From: Candidatus Parvarchaeota archaeon
Lineage (GTDB): Archaea; Nanobdellota; Nanobdellia; Parvarchaeales; Parvarchaeaceae
Direction: 5' to 3'
Length of the DNA stretch: 55,938 nt
Assembly: GCA_023261805.1 (NCBI GenBank)
Contig: JAGDXV010000005.1
Location: 1 to 55,938 of the forward strand
Part shown: positions 51,512-55,938 of the stretch, piece after piece
How the letters are laid out: each line of letters opens with the position of its first letter
Numbering within the stretch: position 1 is the stretch's first letter
Position numbers and translations under genes: made by a program
Notes under the pieces: model-generated
What the model was told of the DNA's origin: nothing
Seen by the model: only the letters and a program-made list of their open reading frames with translations
Database searches by the model: none

Positions 51512-51856
51512 ATGGAGGAATCAAATATAGGAGAGAGTACCTTCGTGGGCGTTTCTTATGTTGCACTTAGTGATACACATTACAAGCTCAAGAGCACGTC
51601 TGAACTGATGGGTAAACTAAACGACCAGGTTGAGAAGATAGTGAAGGAAAGCGGGAACGTTGTAAATGCTCTCTTAAAACATACGGATGACTTGACAGAG
51701 AGCCTCAAGCAGCTTTTCTCGGACATAACGGTTCAGAAGGAAGAGCCAAGACCCGTTGAACAACCGAAGCAGCAATCGATAGATGTTACCACAGAAAGCA
51801 TTGAAAAGATAATTCAGGACACAGAGGATGCATTGAAACGCCTCGGGTCCTTATGA
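51512..51856 (+). CDS. Hypothetical 114-aa helical/acidic protein
   Basis: ORF with no recognisable motif. Confidence 0.55.
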   Translation: MEESNIGESTFVGVSYVALSDTHYKLKSTSELMGKLNDQVEKIVKESGNVVNALLKHTDDLTESLKQLFSDITVQKEEPRPVEQPKQQSIDVTTESIEKIIQDTEDALKRLGSL

Positions 51857-51921
51857 AAGATGCAAACTAAGACCTTTCTTTTTGAAAGATATTAAAGTTA
51901 TCTTTACATTGATAAACCTAT

Positions 51922-52008
51922 GCAGGGGTAGCGAAGTGGTCAAACGCGGCAGCCTCAAGAGCTGTTCCCTTTGTGGGTTCGGGAGTTCGAATCTCCCTCC
52001 CTGCACCA
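51922..52008 (+). tRNA. tRNA-Leu (anticodon CAA), long variable arm, CCA encoded
   Basis: Acceptor GCAGGGG/TCCCTGC, D arm GCGAAGTGGTCAAACGC, anticodon stem GCAGC/GCTGT with loop CTCAAGA, variable arm TCCCTTTGTGGGT, T arm GGGAG-TTCGAAT-CTCCC, A73 followed by CCA. Confidence 0.9.
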
Positions 52009-52012
52009 TTGA

Positions 52013-53206
52013 ATGGAAAAAAAGAAAATTGTGGTTTTAGATGCGTTCCTTAAGCCGATATTTGGCGGGGGACAGATAGTCACAAATCTTCTTTTTAAAT
52101 ATCTTAGTAACGACTTCGATGTAAAGTTTGTAGGCGATAAAACTAGATCGGATCCATTTTATTCGGTAGCCATCCCTGGATTTAGAGATTCTTACTTAAG
52201 GAGGCTTATTCTTTGGATTTTCAGTTTTAGATCAGTATATAGAACAGTGAAAGGGAATGAGCTTGGCATGTCAAATATCCAGTACAGATTCGTCGTCAGT
52301 CTTCCAAAGTTTTTTGTGGACAAACTTGTCAATAAAGATGCTATAAAATTAATGGAAGGAGCTGATGTTATCATATCAAACAGTATGTATGACCCATTTC
52401 TTCTCCGTGTCGCTAAGATAAGAGGAAAGAAGATAATCAGGGTGAACCATCTCCCTTTAAATCTTGAATCCACGAGAAAAATTGATCTTTTTCTGAGATA
52501 TATTTGTGATAGGAACGATGCCGAGTTGATATCAGTCGTGCTGTCCGGTTCTCAGGCCAAGGCATCGAACGATCTCGGTATCAAGACTGTTCTGATACCA
52601 AACGGAATAGAGCAGACGAACATTTCCGACAAGGTAATTTCTGATACATTGAATAAGTTTGGTCTCGCTGGCAAGAGATTTCTTTTTAGTATAGGAAGAC
52701 TACAGGATTCACAGAAAGGCTTCTCTTTGTCGATAAGGGCGATGTCACTGCTGAAGGACAAGGATCTGGTCTATGTCATCGCCGGAAGCGGTCCGGATAG
52801 AGATTACTATACAAATTTGGTCAGTTCCTTAGGTTTAACAGACAGAGTTAAGCTGATCGGCTTCGTCTCAGATGAAGAAAAACTGGCCTTGATGCATTCC
52901 TCATTTGCATTTCTTCAGCCATCCTACTTCGAATCGTTTGGTATAGTAACATTGGAGGCCCTATCTCAGGGAGCGATAGTTTTGGTCAGCAGGAATGAGG
53001 GATCAGTAGATATGATAAAAGACGGAGAAAATGGGTTTTTCATCGAATTGAGAGAAGAGGATATTAAAAACAAGATAGAAACTGTCCTTGGAATGACTGA
53101 AAAAGAGAGGGGAAGAATAAAAACAAATGCCATTCAAACAGCCAAAGTTTACTCGGCTGAGAACATGATCTCAAAATATGTCGATCTCATCGCCGATCAG
53201 CGATAG
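52013..53206 (+). CDS. Glycosyltransferase family 4 (GT-B fold)
   Basis: The C-terminal domain has the PSYFESFGIVTLEALSQGAIVLVS (E-x7-E region) pattern typical of GT4. Confidence 0.85.
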   Translation: MEKKKIVVLDAFLKPIFGGGQIVTNLLFKYLSNDFDVKFVGDKTRSDPFYSVAIPGFRDSYLRRLILWIFSFRSVYRTVKGNELGMSNIQYRFVVSLPKFFVDKLVNKDAIKLMEGADVIISNSMYDPFLLRVAKIRGKKIIRVNHLPLNLESTRKIDLFLRYICDRNDAELISVVLSGSQAKASNDLGIKTVLIPNGIEQTNISDKVISDTLNKFGLAGKRFLFSIGRLQDSQKGFSLSIRAMSLLKDKDLVYVIAGSGPDRDYYTNLVSSLGLTDRVKLIGFVSDEEKLALMHSSFAFLQPSYFESFGIVTLEALSQGAIVLVSRNEGSVDMIKDGENGFFIELREEDIKNKIETVLGMTEKERGRIKTNAIQTAKVYSAENMISKYVDLIADQR

Positions 53207-53245
53207 GAAAAAAAGAAATTTAAAATACGGAAAACAAGTCATAGT

Positions 53246-54976
53246 ATGAAGTTTGCTGAATTTAGCACATATTTGAGTAAACTAGAGGCGACAACGAAGC
53301 GGCTAGAGATGTTCGATATCCTTTCCGAGGCGTTTTCGAAGATAGATTCAAAAGAGATCGCAAAGGCCGTTTATTTTGTTCAAGAGATGCTGCTACCTTC
53401 GTTTGAAAACGTTCAGTTGGGTGTGGCCGACAGGATGGTTGAGAAGGCTATCTCAGTCGCTTTTAATCAGCCATTGGAAAAGATAAAGGAGGAAAACAAG
53501 AATTTAGGGGATCTTGGTCTCGTGGCGGAGAAATACAATAAAAACAGGACTGAATCGAAGCTATCGATACTTGACGTTTACAATAAACTTTTTGATATTG
53601 CAAAGATCAGTGGGGAGGGAAGCGTCGACCAAAAAATAAATGAGATAGCGGATCTTCTTGACAAGACAACATCGATAGAATCAAAATACATCGTAAGATT
53701 CATGCTAGGCAGGCTTAGATTAGGTGTGGGTGAGGCAACGATAATGGAGGCCCTTTCAAAGGCAAAGACAGGGGACAGGAACTTCAAGGAAAAGATAGAG
53801 CGTGCCTTCAATATCTGCTCCGATCTTGGTTATGTTGCACAGGTCCTTTATTCAGAGGGTGAAAAAGGCGTTGAAAACTTCAGAGTTGAGGTGATGAAAC
53901 CGATCAGACCGGCGCTGGCCGAGAGACTAGAAAGCGCGGAGGAGATAATAAAGAAGATCGGGAGATGTGCGATAGATCAGAAATTCGATGGATTCAGATC
54001 GCAGGTGCATAAGGATGGAAGCAACGTGAAGGTATTCTCAAGGAATTTGGAAGACATAACACATTTCATGCCGGAGATCGTGGAGGAGGTAAAGAAACTG
54101 CCATACAAGCGGCTGATATTTGACAGCGAAGCCCTAGCATATGATGAAGACACAAATACACTTTATCCATTTCAGATAACGATACAGAGAAAGAGAAAAC
54201 ACAATGTTGAAAAGGTATCAGAACAATACCCTCTCAGGCTTTTTGCCTTCGATTTAATGCTGATAAATGACGAGGATCTCCTGAATGAACCGTACATAAA
54301 AAGAAGGGAAAAGTTAGAAAAATTATTCAAGGACAATGGGAAGATATCCAAGTCAAACATCATAATAACAGACGATCCAAAAGAGGTTGAAAAATTCTTC
54401 AACCTTACAGTTGGTGCGGGCTTAGAAGGGATTGTAGCGAAGAAACTCGATGCTCCTTATTCAGCAGGCGCTAGAAACTTTAATTGGATAAAGATGAAGA
54501 GATCGTACAAATCGCAGTTGAGCGATACGATAGATGTCGTCATCCTGGGTTACTTTAAGGGAAAGGGGCTAAGGGCCAGTCTGGGCATCGGAGCCCTGCT
54601 CGCGGGGGTATACGATGAAAAAAGTGATACATTTAAGACGATCGCAAAGATCGGTTCAGGTTTTTCAGAGGATCAATTCAGACAACTGCACGAAGCTTTG
54701 GATGATATCAAGATTGACCACAAACCTGCCAGGGTGGATTCACTCATAGAGCCGGATGTTTGGGTCAATCCAAAGTACGTCATCACGGTGAAGGCCGATG
54801 AGATAACAAGAAGCCCAGTGCACACCTGTGGTTTCGAGAATGGAATGGGCTACGCTCTGAGATTTCCAAGGGCGGTTTCATTCATCAGAAGCGATAAAAG
54901 TGTGGAAGATGCGAACACAGTGAAGGAGATAATCGAGATGTTCAACAATCAGAAAAAGGTAAAGCTGAAGGGATGA
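53246..54976 (+). CDS. lig: ATP-dependent DNA ligase
   Basis: Adenylation motif I DQKFDGFR (KxDG), motif III FDSEALA, motif IV EGIVAK, motif V/VI NWIKMKR, and an N-terminal DNA-binding domain. 576 aa. Confidence 0.93.
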   Translation: MKFAEFSTYLSKLEATTKRLEMFDILSEAFSKIDSKEIAKAVYFVQEMLLPSFENVQLGVADRMVEKAISVAFNQPLEKIKEENKNLGDLGLVAEKYNKNRTESKLSILDVYNKLFDIAKISGEGSVDQKINEIADLLDKTTSIESKYIVRFMLGRLRLGVGEATIMEALSKAKTGDRNFKEKIERAFNICSDLGYVAQVLYSEGEKGVENFRVEVMKPIRPALAERLESAEEIIKKIGRCAIDQKFDGFRSQVHKDGSNVKVFSRNLEDITHFMPEIVEEVKKLPYKRLIFDSEALAYDEDTNTLYPFQITIQRKRKHNVEKVSEQYPLRLFAFDLMLINDEDLLNEPYIKRREKLEKLFKDNGKISKSNIIITDDPKEVEKFFNLTVGAGLEGIVAKKLDAPYSAGARNFNWIKMKRSYKSQLSDTIDVVILGYFKGKGLRASLGIGALLAGVYDEKSDTFKTIAKIGSGFSEDQFRQLHEALDDIKIDHKPARVDSLIEPDVWVNPKYVITVKADEITRSPVHTCGFENGMGYALRFPRAVSFIRSDKSVEDANTVKEIIEMFNNQKKVKLKG

Positions 54977-55830
54977 TGGAAAAGAGGAAAGAGTTCTTGT
55001 ATGAAAGTAGCAACAGCTTTTTAGGGGAAGTAATAGGCTACGATGATTCAAAATACGTCGTCATCCCCTCTCCTTTAGAAGTCACCACCTCTTTTCTTAA
55101 GGGAACAAGGTTTGCACCGTCGGAGATAATAAAGGCTTCTTTGTCGCTGGAAAACTACGATTTTGAGGCGAGGGCAGAGGTGAAAAATAAAATATACACT
55201 TTGAATGAATTGGATCTCACCTCTGATCTCAATATGGATATCAATAGGATCAAAGACACGGTCTCAGATGTTTTGAAGGATGGGAAAATTCCGATATTGA
55301 TCGGAGGAGAACATACAATCACATACGCATCATCCATGGCATTTGATGATGTGACTTTTGTTCTCTTCGATGCACATGCTGATTTCAAGGAATCATTTAA
55401 CGGGGTAGAGATCACCCACGCAAGCGTATCTCGTTTAATCAGTAAAAGTAAGAAGATCGTGCTGATAGGCGTAAGAAGTCTTAGCTCCGATGAAATTAGG
55501 GAACTGAAGAGTAAGGACGTAAAAGTCATCTATCAGTCGGAGAATCTAGACAGGGAGATAAAGAAGTTGTCTAGGAGTCTGAATGGAAAGAAAGTATACA
55601 TAAGCATAGACGCCGATGTATTGGACCCTTGTGTCATACAAAGCATCGGGACACCGCAGCCTGGAGGACTGTCATATTTTCAACTGTTTAATTCACTTAA
55701 GGCTATAGTGAAGCATTCCCATCTCGTCGGTTTTGATGTAAGTGAGGTGATACCCAGTCAGACTAAAATTGCAGAGGTAACTGCAGCGAAACTGATAGTA
55801 GATGTCATAGCTTTGAACGAATTTCACTGA
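54973..55830 (+). CDS. speB: Agmatinase / arginase-family ureohydrolase
   Basis: Mn-binding motifs GGEHTITY, FDAHADF and ISIDADVLDP. Confidence 0.85.
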   Translation: MMEKRKEFLYESSNSFLGEVIGYDDSKYVVIPSPLEVTTSFLKGTRFAPSEIIKASLSLENYDFEARAEVKNKIYTLNELDLTSDLNMDINRIKDTVSDVLKDGKIPILIGGEHTITYASSMAFDDVTFVLFDAHADFKESFNGVEITHASVSRLISKSKKIVLIGVRSLSSDEIRELKSKDVKVIYQSENLDREIKKLSRSLNGKKVYISIDADVLDPCVIQSIGTPQPGGLSYFQLFNSLKAIVKHSHLVGFDVSEVIPSQTKIAEVTAAKLIVDVIALNEFH

Positions 55831-55938
55831 CTTATGATAGCAGGGAAGAATTTTTGCACGTGAAACCATCAACCTAGAAACATTTAAATATCCCAACTTC
55901 TATAATAATAATTTATGAATACAATCCCTTATACCAAT

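Noticed and set aside
51922-55830. Possible integrated element downstream of tRNA-Leu
   Set aside because: There is no integrase, no direct repeat of the tRNA 3' end, and the downstream genes (GT4, DNA ligase, agmatinase) are core functions with the same compact organisation as the rest of the window.
1-55938. CRISPR arrays, IS elements, prophage genes, and a diversity-generating retroelement (reverse transcriptase with TR/VR repeat pair)
   Set aside because: I found no regularly spaced repeats, and no transposase, integrase, reverse-transcriptase or capsid-like translation. The only notable repeats are the 18-bp tandem at 47409..47446 and the 11-nt pair at 29060..29092. A long-repeat search by computer (self dot-plot) would be needed to exclude diverged repeats.

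Overview
This window is a gene-dense, moderately AT-rich archaeal chromosomal segment. Archaeal hallmarks include a thermosome, RFC small and large subunits, Cbf5, AglB, ABCE1, XPD, an Sm protein, ribosomal proteins S17e and L37e, and a tRNA with a bulge-helix-bulge intron. The tight packing (many 1-4 nt overlaps, 36-37 nt divergent intergenic regions), degenerate catalytic motifs and shortened proteins suggest a small-genome, fast-evolving (DPANN-like) lineage. That lineage assignment is inference only.

Most of the content is housekeeping:
- Four aminoacyl-tRNA synthetases: a class II LysRS, ProRS, LeuRS and TrpRS.
- Six tRNAs that the ORF track cannot show: Ile-UAU with an intron, Thr-GGU, Pro-CGG, Gly-CCC, Gln-UUG and Leu-CAA.
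- A compact RNase P RNA at 16047..16321 on the minus strand.
- An N-glycosylation set (AglB, cupin-type PGI, flippase, AglH-like transferase, GT4 glycosyltransferase), DNA ligase, UDG and agmatinase.

I see no CRISPR array, transposase, integrase or prophage.

The non-housekeeping candidates worth follow-up are:
1. An RHH regulator plus an orphan CysD/PAPS-reductase-like PP-loop ATPase, with a perfect tandem 18-bp putative operator.
2. A split TIM-barrel protein with a large charged insertion and a Tyr/Gly/Ser-rich tail, translationally coupled to a fused NTase/HEPN-like protein.
3. A Pro/Thr-rich wHTH protein and a KaiC-like ATPase co-operonic with both RFC subunits.
4. A tandem coiled-coil protein pair.
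5. Three type IV pilin-like genes.
6. A HerA-like ATPase next to XPD.

I cannot show that any of these is a new system from sequence alone. All functional calls rest on motifs read by eye in the translations, not on database searches.
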